A stretch of 32,000 nt of DNA, from assembly GCF_000009705.1 (NCBI RefSeq), contig NC_003272.1, positions 3,900,001-3,932,000 on the forward strand. Direction: 5' to 3'. The position numbers were made by a program, and so were the translations under genes. This DNA is from Nostoc sp. PCC 7120 = FACHB-418. Lineage in GTDB: Bacteria > Cyanobacteriota > Cyanobacteriia > Cyanobacteriales > Nostocaceae. Below the pieces are notes generated by a model. It did no database searches and was not told the origin of the DNA. It saw only the letters and a program-made list of their open reading frames with translations. Position 1 is the stretch's first letter. Each line of letters starts with the position of its first letter. Shown here piece by piece: positions 1 to 8,824 of the stretch.

Positions 1-27
1 GAGATTCAAATATAGTAAGGAAAAATA

Positions 28-843
28 ATGGTACGACCGCGCAAGCTCTTTGCTCAACATTGGCTCAAAAGTGAGAAGGCACTCGACGCAATTGTGAAGG
101 CGGCAGAGTGTAGTACAAATGACCGCATCCTAGAAATCGGCCCCGGTACAGGTATTCTGACTCGGCGTTTATTACCTGCGGTGCAGTCTTTAGTTGCAGT
201 AGAAATAGACAGAGATTTATGTGAACTATTAGCTAAACAATTAGGAAAGAAAGAAAATTTTTTATTGTTACAGGGAGATTTCCTGACAATAGATTTAGCC
301 GCAAATTTAGGATCATTTCCTAAGTTTCAAAAGCCTAATAAAGTAGTTGCTAACATTCCCTACAACATTACTGGGCCGATAATAGAAAAACTATTAGGAA
401 CTATTTCTAATCCCAACCTCGAACCATTTGACTCCATAGTATTGTTAATACAAAAAGAAGTAGCCGAAAGGTTATATGCTAAATCTGGATCAAGAACATT
501 TGGGGCATTATCGGTCAGGGTACAATATTTAGCTGATTGTGAATTTATCTGCGATGTCCCTGCGAGTGCATTTCATCCACCACCAAAAGTAGATTCCGCA
601 GTTGTTAGATTGCGTCCTCGACAGATAGAAATTCCTGTTAATGACCCAAAACGACTAGAGAATTTGGTAAAGTTAGGATTCGGTGCGAAACGTAAAATGC
701 TACGGAATAATTTGCAATCGGTGGTAGACCGCGATCGCCTGAGCCAATTGCTGGAACAATTAAATATAAACCCCCAAGCCAGAGCTGAAGACATCAGCAC
801 TCAGCAATGGGTAAAATTAGCAAACTTGTTGGGAGTAGAGTAA
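28..843 (+). CDS. rsmA: 16S rRNA (adenine-N6,N6)-dimethyltransferase RsmA/KsgA
   Basis: 271-aa ORF with ATG start. Has the SAM-binding motif 'ILEIGPGTGILT' and the 'VANIPYNITGPI' motif typical of the KsgA/Erm family. Conserved cyanobacterial neighbourhood with ispE. Confidence 0.9.
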   Translation: MVRPRKLFAQHWLKSEKALDAIVKAAECSTNDRILEIGPGTGILTRRLLPAVQSLVAVEIDRDLCELLAKQLGKKENFLLLQGDFLTIDLAANLGSFPKFQKPNKVVANIPYNITGPIIEKLLGTISNPNLEPFDSIVLLIQKEVAERLYAKSGSRTFGALSVRVQYLADCEFICDVPASAFHPPPKVDSAVVRLRPRQIEIPVNDPKRLENLVKLGFGAKRKMLRNNLQSVVDRDRLSQLLEQLNINPQARAEDISTQQWVKLANLLGVE

Positions 844-876
844 TTTCAGATTTTGGATTTTCGATAAAAGTCAAAT

Positions 877-912
877 CCCCGTCCCCAGTCCCCAGTCCCC
901 AATTCCCATTCC
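877..912. repeat. STRR1-type tandem heptamer repeat (CCCCAGT/CCCCAAT units)
   Basis: Read directly: cccc gt / ccccagt / ccccagt / ccccaat / tcccatt. The repeat ends 1 nt before the ispE ATG at 913. Confidence 0.8.
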
Positions 913-1866
913 ATGCGTTCCTACAAATTAATTGCTCCCGCCAAAATTAACTTGTATCTAGAAATCATCGGCGACAGACCCGATGGGTATCATGAGTTAG
1001 TGATGATATTGCAAAGTATCGACCTAGCCGACGAGATTGAAATACATTCCCTCAGCAGTGAAACTATCCACGTTCATTGCAACCACCCACAAGTTCCCAC
1101 AGACAAAAGTAATCTCGTATATCGCGCCGCCGAACTGATGGTGACAAGATTTCCTGAAGCCTTCACGAAACATGGGGGTGTAGATATTACCGTTCACAAA
1201 CATATTCCCGTAGCAGCTGGCTTGGCTGGAGGTTCAACTAACGCCGCAGCTGTGTTAGTCGGGATAGATTTACTTTGGAACTTGGGACTAACCCAAACAG
1301 AACTAGAAGAGTTAGGCTCTACTCTTGGTTCCGACGTACCATTTTGTGTGGCTGGTGGTACAGTCATCGCCACAGGTAGAGGAGAACAACTTTCCCCCTT
1401 GCCCAGTTTGGATCATATATATATAGTATTAGGCAAATATCGCAGCTTAGAAGTTTCCACCGCCTGGGCATATAAAAACTACCGTCAAGAATATGGTAGT
1501 ACTTATCTTAGAGATACCAATGACTTAGCCTCCCGCGCCGCCGCAGTTCATTCAGGTAGTATAGTTAAGGCTATTGTAGAAAAAGATGCTGTAGCGATCG
1601 CCCAAAGACTGCACAATGATTTAGAGAAAGTAGTATTACCTTCCTATCCGCAAGTTTTGCACCTCCGAGAATTGTTAGCATCTCAACCAGGTGTTATCGG
1701 AACCATGATGTCTGGTTCAGGCCCTTCAGTATTTGCTCTGTGTGAAACTCAAGCACAAGCAGAACAAGTTCAGCAGCAAGTAAGACAAACAATTCCCGAC
1801 GAAGATTTAGAATTATTTGTAACTCGCACAATTACACATGGGATTCAAGTTGTGGGTAATGGGTAA
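913..1866 (+). CDS. ispE: 4-diphosphocytidyl-2-C-methyl-D-erythritol kinase
   Basis: 317-aa ORF. N-terminal '[11 protein letters not shown]', 'GYHEL', and the GHMP-kinase ATP motif '[17 protein letters not shown]'. Confidence 0.9.
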   Translation: MRSYKLIAPAKINLYLEIIGDRPDGYHELVMILQSIDLADEIEIHSLSSETIHVHCNHPQVPTDKSNLVYRAAELMVTRFPEAFTKHGGVDITVHKHIPVAAGLAGGSTNAAAVLVGIDLLWNLGLTQTELEELGSTLGSDVPFCVAGGTVIATGRGEQLSPLPSLDHIYIVLGKYRSLEVSTAWAYKNYRQEYGSTYLRDTNDLASRAAAVHSGSIVKAIVEKDAVAIAQRLHNDLEKVVLPSYPQVLHLRELLASQPGVIGTMMSGSGPSVFALCETQAQAEQVQQQVRQTIPDEDLELFVTRTITHGIQVVGNG

Positions 1867-1869
1867 CTT

Positions 1870-2187
1870 ATGAACAACGAAACTCAACAAACAGATACAT
1901 CAGGACAAGTTCCACCTACGCCATTACGCTGCATAACAGGAGCAGGTATTTCTGGCGGAATGGGATATGCTTTGTATTTATTAATGATATCCATCGCTAC
2001 AACCTTTGCCAAAAAACCCATCCACTCGGATAACCAGTTAGTTATCAGCTTGACCTCTGCTGTGCGTACCTTGGTAGTTGGGATAGTCGCTTTGGGAACA
2101 GGGATATTTGCTATAGTGACAATTGGTTTGTTAGCATTAGCCGTACAACTGTTAGTGCAGCAGTTGATAAAACCTAAAAGTAATTAA
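1870..2187 (+). CDS. DUF3082-family small membrane protein
   Basis: 105-aa ORF starting 4 nt after the ispE stop. Two predicted TM helices and the motif 'PTPLRC..GA......Y....SIA.TFA.KP', which I recall from cyanobacterial/plastid DUF3082 proteins. Confidence 0.7.
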   Translation: MNNETQQTDTSGQVPPTPLRCITGAGISGGMGYALYLLMISIATTFAKKPIHSDNQLVISLTSAVRTLVVGIVALGTGIFAIVTIGLLALAVQLLVQQLIKPKSN

Positions 2188-2188
2188 A

Positions 2189-2258
2189 GGGTATAAATGT
2201 TTTAAACCCCTACACCCTTACACCCGGTCTCAACAGACAATCTGGGTGCGTAAGTCCT
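2189..2258. mobile_element. Partial (one-arm) copy of a MITE-like intergenic element
   Basis: About 70 nt closely similar to the right arm of the 11967-12077 element ('...ttacaccc(g/a)gtctcaacagacaa(t/c)ctgg(g/a)tgcgtaagtcct'). It fills the gap between the convergent DUF3082 and AraC-regulator genes. Confidence 0.5.
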
Positions 2259-2260
2259 AA

Positions 2261-3154
2261 TTAACTCCGGCTAGTCAATAAGCATTTTTCCGATTGAGGA
2301 CAAACATCAATCAGTTGTGGCTTCAGATTTCTACCAGACTGGAGCGATTGTTGCTGTTTTCTCCAAGCTTTAGGAGGTAAACCGTGATGTTGGCGAAATT
2401 GGCGAGAGAAATGACAAGCATTTTGATAACCCAGCGCTGTCGCAATCTGTTCGATGGTTTTATTAGTATTCCTTAGTAGAGGACGCGCTGCGGCCATTCG
2501 CCGCTTGAAAATCCAGGCGTTTACCGTATCCCCCGTTTCTCTAGCAACTCTACTAGTTAGATAAGCTGGTGAATAACCAACCGCAACAGCTACATTTGAT
2601 AATGTAATTCCTTGATGATAATGAGCTTCTATATAATCAAAAACTTCCTGAAGGTGGGGAATAGAGGGAAAAATTGCTTCAGAGTCTACAGCGAGGGATT
2701 CGGTAAGTTGATGGGATTTAGTTGCATACCAATACCTGAGTAAAGCTTGCTTTTCTAAACGGATAGCGATCGCTTTGAGTATTTCCTCTATAGTAGAAGG
2801 CTTAGTAATATAGTCATCAGCTCCCAACTCCATACCCTTGCGAAGACCGCCTTTTTCATGGCTCCCAGTGAGAAAAATAAAGGGAATAATCGCGGTCAGA
2901 GGATCTTGGCGTAGCACATTTAAAACATCGTAACCATCCATATCAGGCATCATAATATCGCAGATAATCAAATCTGGTAAATATTTTTGTGCCTGTTGAA
3001 TACCAGCCGCACCGTTTTCAGCTGCTATACCATCAAAACCTCTAGCCTCAAGCACCGCTAAAAAGAGATTGCGACTATCGCTATCATCTTCAATAACCAG
3101 GATTGTTTTCGATGATTCGTTTGTCATTTTTCCATCACTAAGATTGGTGGTCAT
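2261..3154 (-). CDS. Response regulator, CheY-like receiver plus AraC-type HTH output
   Basis: Receiver motifs 'ILVIEDDSDS', 'DLIICDIMMPDMDG', 'ITKP'. C-terminal AraC HTH ('LSNVAVAVGYSPAYLTSRV', 'YQNACHFSRQFRQHHGLPPKAWR'). The start is ambiguous: TTG 3166, ATG 3154 or ATG 3127. Confidence 0.85.
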   Translation of the reverse strand: MTTNLSDGKMTNESSKTILVIEDDSDSRNLFLAVLEARGFDGIAAENGAAGIQQAQKYLPDLIICDIMMPDMDGYDVLNVLRQDPLTAIIPFIFLTGSHEKGGLRKGMELGADDYITKPSTIEEILKAIAIRLEKQALLRYWYATKSHQLTESLAVDSEAIFPSIPHLQEVFDYIEAHYHQGITLSNVAVAVGYSPAYLTSRVARETGDTVNAWIFKRRMAAARPLLRNTNKTIEQIATALGYQNACHFSRQFRQHHGLPPKAWRKQQQSLQSGRNLKPQLIDVCPQSEKCLLTSRS

Positions 3155-4855
3155 TTCAGTTACCAATAGAAACTATCAGCCATATAGAAAAACTGGGTGT
3201 CCTTTCCTCAAGCAAGGTAAAAATCACCACCTAAACAGGTGTACAACGCTTCAGCCCCCAATCAAATGTTATGGCTAGGAAAAATTGAGAAACAAATTCA
3301 GAGAAATTATTATTGCCACGTTTCATATTCTTATTGGCTCCTGCTAATCAGACTTAATAATATGAAGGCACTTACAGTTATTGAAATGAAGACTAGATAA
3401 TTTTTAATCAATAAATCACTAAAACGTTGCCTTTTTTCATATTTCTCATGTCAACTCATTAAAACAAACATTTTTCCCTTGCTTTATTCAAGTAAATAAT
3501 ATTTACATTTGTCGCTTATCTTGTGATAGCTCATAAGTTAATCATCCCATAATTTTCATGGGAAAGAATTATGTATTATCTAAGTGGCATCAAAATTAAA
3601 TATAAACCTAATCAATAAAAAAGATGGTGCGTAAGAAAATGTCCTTATTGATAGTTTTATTTCACATTATATAGAGACATATATTTACTTGATTTCTCTA
3701 AAGAGATTTAAAAGATAATATTAAACTAGAATCATCATAGATTGCCTATAACATTTTTTAATAGCTTAGAAGTAATTTGTCTTCATCAAAAACAAGTAGT
3801 AATATTGCAGTCCGGTAAATAATGGGTTATCTAAAATAAACGAATTTTTAGCTCCTAAACAGAAGTTTTACTATTTTAATTTATATCGGATTTAACTATA
3901 TAATAACAGTCCGGGTCATCTGTCAGAGGGAGTACCTTTCCTTCCCATCATCCTTCTCAATAGTTATCACTTATCTGTCGAAAGAAGTATAAAATATTAA
4001 GCTATTTTGTAACCAAATATACATTTACTGCCGAATAAGGCTTGTTTAGCCACAAGTATGACAACTACCACGTAAGCTTAATACCATCCTAATAAGCTGC
4101 TCATGGTTTCTCAAAAAAATGTAGCATCTCCAATCTGCTCTCATTTGATTGGGGATAAAACATCGTACAATTCCTCTCTTTAATCGAGTGTTCAGTATTA
4201 AATTGTTGAATTACAAGCATCGACAGGCATAAAAAATTGGCTGAGAAGAAAAAGAATATATCAATTTAAATTTTTTCGATTAGCAATATATTTTTATGTC
4301 TCGGATTGTTTGTTACAAACTCAATAATTGAATATTGCTAGTGTAAATAATAATGCTCGCAACTATAAGTCTGATTTATTTCTATTGGTGTATAAATAGA
4401 AATAATTGCAAATTCACAAAAAGATAAAAACTTTTATTTTTTATTTGGACTTTAAATGGTATCATTTTATTCCGCCACATATTACTTAGATAATAAAGTT
4501 AAAAAAAGCCAGTAAATTTAAATAAAGAAAAAAGAGATATGTCTATCAAAAAATTGATCATATATCTACTGCCAAAGATTGAGTAATCTTAGCAAAGAAG
4601 TTGCTTCTGCAAAACGGTTCATTTTTAGGGGCGGGTTTAACTAGATATTTATTAAGCAGATAAAAATGCTCACTGGCTAAATTCACCCCTATTTTCAAAA
4701 ATAGCGATCGCCTACAACCGACCAGAAAAAGTCCACTTTTATCTGTGGTTGAGCATTTGCAAAGGCTTCTGTAGGAAATGTTTTGTGCTGTTTTTCCTAT
4801 GCTGTAGTGTCAAAATCTTCTTTTGGAGATAGTGAAATTGGTTTGATTGTTGAAT

Positions 4856-4872
4856 GATGGGTTACACCCCTC
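4856..4872. promoter_or_regulatory. Candidate HetR-box-like inverted repeat (GATGGG-N5-CCCCTC)
   Basis: 'gatgggttacacccctc' compared with the hetP-promoter HetR site GAGGGGTCTAACCCCTC as I recall it. 11 of 12 arm positions match and the spacing is identical. It lies 73-89 nt upstream of the trpE(G) ATG. Confidence 0.3.
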
Positions 4873-4944
4873 AATCAGCGATCGCCAAAAGTAGGGCGAA
4901 CCGTTCGCGCTATACTCCCTCCAACACACAGAAAAGAAAAGACA

Positions 4945-7131
4945 ATGAATTACTATACACTTGCTTACACAACCCTTGGTAACGTGCGCGTATCTCGTAG
5001 CACAACCGAGGTGAAGATGGACACTGCACTAGATGAAATTCTCTTTCACCTAAATCAAGTACGTGGAGGTTTGTTAACCAGTAGTTACGAATATCCAGGG
5101 CGATACAAAAGATGGGCGATTGGATTCATTAATCCCCCATTACAACTGACAACAAGAGAGAACGCATTTACCATCTCTTCACTCAATCCTCGCGGACAGG
5201 TGCTACTACCAACCTTGTTCCAGCATCTATCAGCCCAGTCGCAACTACAACAAATCAGCCTCAATCATGACTACATCACAGGTGAAATTCGACCCACAAA
5301 ACAGTTATTCACAGAAGAACAACGGAGTAAACAACCGTCAGCCTTTACAGTCATCCGCGAAATTCTCCAGATTTTTGCGAGTGATGAAGACGAGCATTTA
5401 GGGTTATATGGTGCATTTGGTTACGACTTAGTATTTCAATTTGAACCAATTCCCCAAAAAATTGCTCGTCCCGCAGACCAACGGGATTTAGTCCTGTATC
5501 TACCCGATGAACTCATAGTTGTAGATTACTATCTACAAAAAGCATATCGTCACCAGTATGAATTTGCCACAGAACATGGCAACACCGAGCATCTTCCACG
5601 GACAGGCCAGTCCATCGACTACCAGGGTAAACATCTTCTACCAAACCAAACTGCTGACCATCAACCAGGAGAATATGCCAACCTAGTTGAGCAAGCACTC
5701 GACTACTTCCGCCGGGGTGACTTATTTGAAGTAGTTCCTAGTCAAAACTTTTTTACAGCCTGTGAACAATCACCCAGTCAACTATTCCAGACCTTAAGGC
5801 AAATTAATCCTAGTCCTTATGGATTTCTGTTGAATTTGGGTGGTGAATATCTCATAGGTGCATCACCAGAAATGTTTGTGCGAGTTGATGGTAGGCGAGT
5901 GGAAACCTGTCCCATTAGTGGCACTATTAGACGGGGAGAAGATGCTTTAGGCGACGCTGTACAAATTCGTCAGTTGCTTAACTCCCATAAAGATGAAGCC
6001 GAGTTAACAATGTGTACTGACGTAGACCGCAACGATAAATCGCGGATTTGTGAACCCGGTTCAGTCAGGGTGATTGGTCGTCGCCAGATTGAACTGTACA
6101 GCCACCTCATTCATACAGTAGACCATGTAGAAGGGATACTGAGGCCGGAATTTGACGCTTTAGATGCCTTCTTGAGTCATACTTGGGCAGTTACAGTCAC
6201 AGGCGCACCCAAACGAGCCGCCATGCAGTTCATCGAACAGCATGAACGCAGCGCCCGTCGTTGGTATGGGGGAGCAGTTGGTTATTTAGGCTTTAATGGT
6301 AACTTGAATACCGGATTAACCTTGCGGACAATTCGTTTACAAGACTCCATCGCCGAAGTGCGAGTTGGTGCAACAGTCCTTTACGACTCCATTCCGTCAG
6401 CCGAAGAAGAGGAAACAATTACTAAAGCGACTGCATTATTTGAGACCATTCGCCGTCATACCACTGCCAATAAAACTCAAGGAAACGATAGTCATCGCCC
6501 TGGGGATATCGCCCACAATAAGCGTATCCTCCTCATCGACTACGAAGATTCATTTGTTCACACATTAGCCAATTACATCCGCACCACCGGCGCAACCGTC
6601 ACCACCCTACGTCATGGTTTTGCTGAATCATATTTTGATGCAGAACGCCCAGACTTAGTGGTATTGTCTCCCGGCCCTGGTAGACCCAGTGACTTCCGAG
6701 TTCCCCAAACGGTTGCAGCCTTGGTAGGTCGAGAAATCCCCATTTTTGGCGTTTGTCTGGGATTACAAGGCATAGTGGAAGCTTTTGGCGGAGAATTAGG
6801 CGTGCTTGATTATCCCCAACACGGTAAACCCGCACGGATTTCAGTGACTGCACCTGATTCTGTGCTGTTTCAAAATTTACCAGCATCCTTCATCGTGGGT
6901 AGATACCATTCCTTATTTGCCCAACCCCAAACTATACCCGGTGAACTCAAAGTCACAGCGATTTCTGAGGACAATGTAATTATGGCAATTGAACACCAAA
7001 CACTACCTATAGCCGCCGTCCAATTTCATCCAGAGTCAATCATGACCCTAGCAGGAGAAGTTGGTCAGACAATCATTAAAAATGTGGTGCAGACATATAC
7101 CCAAACTTTAGAAACATCAATTTACTCTTAG
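4945..7131 (+). CDS. trpE: Fused anthranilate synthase, component I (TrpE) plus glutamine amidotransferase (TrpG)
   Basis: 728-aa ORF. Chorismate-binding motifs 'SPEMFVR', 'GAPKRAAMQFIEQHE', 'GGAVGYLGFNG'. C-terminal class-I GATase with 'FGVCLGLQG' and 'VQFHPES'. The N-terminus 'YTT.G...V.R' and 'YEYPGRY.RW' resembles rhizobial-type TrpE(G) fusions. Confidence 0.9.
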   Translation: MNYYTLAYTTLGNVRVSRSTTEVKMDTALDEILFHLNQVRGGLLTSSYEYPGRYKRWAIGFINPPLQLTTRENAFTISSLNPRGQVLLPTLFQHLSAQSQLQQISLNHDYITGEIRPTKQLFTEEQRSKQPSAFTVIREILQIFASDEDEHLGLYGAFGYDLVFQFEPIPQKIARPADQRDLVLYLPDELIVVDYYLQKAYRHQYEFATEHGNTEHLPRTGQSIDYQGKHLLPNQTADHQPGEYANLVEQALDYFRRGDLFEVVPSQNFFTACEQSPSQLFQTLRQINPSPYGFLLNLGGEYLIGASPEMFVRVDGRRVETCPISGTIRRGEDALGDAVQIRQLLNSHKDEAELTMCTDVDRNDKSRICEPGSVRVIGRRQIELYSHLIHTVDHVEGILRPEFDALDAFLSHTWAVTVTGAPKRAAMQFIEQHERSARRWYGGAVGYLGFNGNLNTGLTLRTIRLQDSIAEVRVGATVLYDSIPSAEEEETITKATALFETIRRHTTANKTQGNDSHRPGDIAHNKRILLIDYEDSFVHTLANYIRTTGATVTTLRHGFAESYFDAERPDLVVLSPGPGRPSDFRVPQTVAALVGREIPIFGVCLGLQGIVEAFGGELGVLDYPQHGKPARISVTAPDSVLFQNLPASFIVGRYHSLFAQPQTIPGELKVTAISEDNVIMAIEHQTLPIAAVQFHPESIMTLAGEVGQTIIKNVVQTYTQTLETSIYS

Positions 7132-7149
7132 TGGTAATGGGTAATATAG

Positions 7150-7187
7150 CTGTTGACAGTTAACTGTTGACAGTTGACTGTTGACAG
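7150..7187. repeat. STRR3-type repeat (ACTGTTG / CAACAGT units, partly palindromic)
   Basis: 'ctgttgacagtta actgttgacagttg actgttgacag', directly after the trpE(G) stop. Confidence 0.7.
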
Positions 7188-7277
7188 ATTTGAAAGTCTT
7201 GTTTTATCAGGGTTTGATGTTAGCTGGATGTTTTAATCTATCTGGCTACAGCTATAAATGTAATTCTCTTCTCCATC

Positions 7278-7305
7278 ACCAATTACCAATTACCAATTAC
7301 CAATT
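7278..7305. repeat. Tandem heptamer ACCAATT x4 (complement TTGGTAA, STRR2-like)
   Basis: Four perfect consecutive copies read directly. The same repeat recurs at 18111-18133. Confidence 0.85.
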
Positions 7306-7339
7306 TTCAAACCATCAAATAAAATCATCAGGGGAAGTT

Positions 7340-7585
7340 ATGTATCAGGAAGACATTTACAATTCACAGAACGTTAAGAAAATAAATAATGAGCAAGTAG
7401 ACCAAATTATTAAATCAATAATTGCCGGAAAGTATTCTTGGGCTTGCGTTTTACTGCTGCGCTACTCTGGTTATAACCCCATAGATTACATCCCTTACCG
7501 TACTTATATTCGCTTACTCAAAAACAACTGTCTGGGTGGGAAAAATCAAGAAGGCAGAAATGACTCTCAAGAGGTCTTGATTTGA
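7340..7585 (+). CDS. Short HetP-family protein (heterocyst commitment regulator homolog)
   Basis: 81 aa from the internal ATG at 7340, preceded by 'aggggaag'. '[37 protein letters not shown]' matches the conserved HetP core (..[35 protein letters not shown]) as I recall it. The upstream part of the 134-aa track ORF is translated STRR repeat and starts at TTG. Confidence 0.8.
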   Translation: MYQEDIYNSQNVKKINNEQVDQIIKSIIAGKYSWACVLLLRYSGYNPIDYIPYRTYIRLLKNNCLGGKNQEGRNDSQEVLI

Positions 7586-7636
7586 ACCACATCTGAAAAA
7601 AGATGTTTTAAATGATGCTGAATACTTGAATTCTTG

Positions 7637-7746
7637 TTGTAGGGGAGTAACAAGAAATCCCCTACAAACCCGCAGCTTGTTAGTAAATATTGGATATAAG
7701 AACATAGGGAATAATGGCCCCCACACCCCTATACCCTTATACCCTT
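7637..7746. repeat. Degenerate copy of the MITE-like family, including a 10-bp-stem hairpin
   Basis: 'ttgtagggga'(7637-7646) pairs with 'tcccctacaa'(7658-7667). 'ccccacacccctatacccttataccc'(7718-7746) resembles the 'cccctacacccttacaccc' core of the 2189 and 11967 elements. All share the 8-mer tgtagggg/cccctaca. Confidence 0.4.
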
Positions 7747-7781
7747 TCTTAATTATCCCCTCTCCAGATTCGTAGCAGGTT

Positions 7782-8627
7782 ATGATGTTGTACCCTAGCG
7801 CCATTAATACCAACCGTCTGCAACCAATTATTAGAGAAATTGTTTGGCAGAAAAAGCAAGAAGTTGCACAACTACACCAACAGATGTCATTGGCTTCTTT
7901 ACAACGCCAATTAACTGCTGCGCCAACCGTGCGGGATTTCTTGACAGCTTTGCAGCAAAATCCTTACCAACCTAGCCTGATTGCAGAAATACAAAAAGCC
8001 TCACCCAATCATGGCATGATTCGCGCTGATTTTGATCCAGTAGCGATCGCCAAAGCTTATGAACGAGGTGGTGCAGCTTGTCTATCAGTAGTGACAGATA
8101 GCTCATTTTTTCATGGTAGTTTTGAAATTCTCCGTGCTATCCGCCAACGGGTTCCACTACCCATATTATGCAAAGAATTTATTATCGACCCCTGCCAAAT
8201 TTATTTAGCACGAGCAGCAGGAGCCGATGCAGTACTATTAATTGCAGCCATTCTCACAGACAGAGAACTAAAAGATTTTTTGCGAATAATTCACTTTTTG
8301 GGAATGAATGCCTTAGTCGCAGTTCATAGTTTAGCTGAACTAGATAGGATACTTAAATTAGACGATGTTCGCTTAATCGAAATTAATAACCAAAGCCTGC
8401 AAGATTTTACCACAGATATCAGTACCACCCAAAACTTATTAACAGCCAGGCGATCGCATCTACAAAACTTGGGTATCACCGTCGTCAGCGAATCTGGATT
8501 GTATACACACACAGATTTATCCTTAGTAGCGGAAGCTGGCGCAAATGCAGTGATAGTTGGAGAATCTTTAATTAAAGAACAAGATATCGAGCAGGCTGTA
8601 CGTTACCTGCTTACAGGGGATAAATAA
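7782..8627 (+). CDS. trpC: Indole-3-glycerol-phosphate synthase
   Basis: 281-aa ORF. 'IAEIQKASPNHGMIR', 'GGAACLSVVTDSSFFHGS', 'PILCKEFIIDPCQIYLARAAGADAVLLI', and 'IEINNQSL' (for the usual INNRDL). Confidence 0.9.
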   Translation: MMLYPSAINTNRLQPIIREIVWQKKQEVAQLHQQMSLASLQRQLTAAPTVRDFLTALQQNPYQPSLIAEIQKASPNHGMIRADFDPVAIAKAYERGGAACLSVVTDSSFFHGSFEILRAIRQRVPLPILCKEFIIDPCQIYLARAAGADAVLLIAAILTDRELKDFLRIIHFLGMNALVAVHSLAELDRILKLDDVRLIEINNQSLQDFTTDISTTQNLLTARRSHLQNLGITVVSESGLYTHTDLSLVAEAGANAVIVGESLIKEQDIEQAVRYLLTGDK

Positions 8628-8727
8628 TATCATGTCCAGTTGAAACTAGAGAAAAACTTCTGGTAGTTATCAGGAAATAGCTGAGAACAAATTGTAGTAT
8701 CAACTACTTATCTCAGCGAAACCCTGA

Positions 8728-8756
8728 CCCCTGGACAAACCAGGGGTTTTTATTTT
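8728..8756 (+). terminator. Rho-independent terminator downstream of trpC
   Basis: 'cccctgg acaaa ccagggg' (7-bp GC-rich stem, 5-nt loop) followed by 'tttttatttt'. Confidence 0.75.
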
Positions 8757-8824
8757 ACTCATCACTGTTTATTCTGGTAATACGACAATTGGCCTTTTTG
8801 CATATGCGATCGCCAGAAATAACA

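Noticed and set aside
3571-4430. Short ORFs in the 1.7-kb spacer, considered as type I toxins or micropeptides. Examples are 3624 'MVRKKMSLLIVLFHII' and 4353 'MLATISLIYFYWCINRNNCKFTKR'.
   Set aside because: No SD sequences, no paired antisense promoter/terminator signatures that I can see, and lengths expected by chance in AT-rich DNA.
4854-4982. A 42-aa upstream ORF (ATGATG...) that overlaps the trpE(G) start in another frame and ends '...Pro-Trp-stop'. It recalls Trp-sensing leader peptides (trpL/TnaC).
   Set aside because: No Shine-Dalgarno sequence, a single Trp codon only, and no alternative terminator/antiterminator hairpins that I can find. In AT-rich leaders such ORFs arise by chance.
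7278-7305. Possibility that the tandem heptamer arrays are CRISPR-like.
   Set aside because: The units are 7 nt, directly tandem, with no spacers. These are STRR-type microsatellites, not CRISPR.
7181-7339. N-terminal 53 codons of the 134-aa track ORF preceding the HetP-like core.
   Set aside because: It starts at TTG, is largely a translation of STRR heptamer repeats, and has no HetP similarity. ATG 7340 with a good SD is the plausible start.
7514-7813. 99-aa minus-strand ORF between the HetP-like gene and trpC.
   Set aside because: It runs through the repeat/hairpin element, overlaps both flanking genes' ends, and shows no recognisable motifs.
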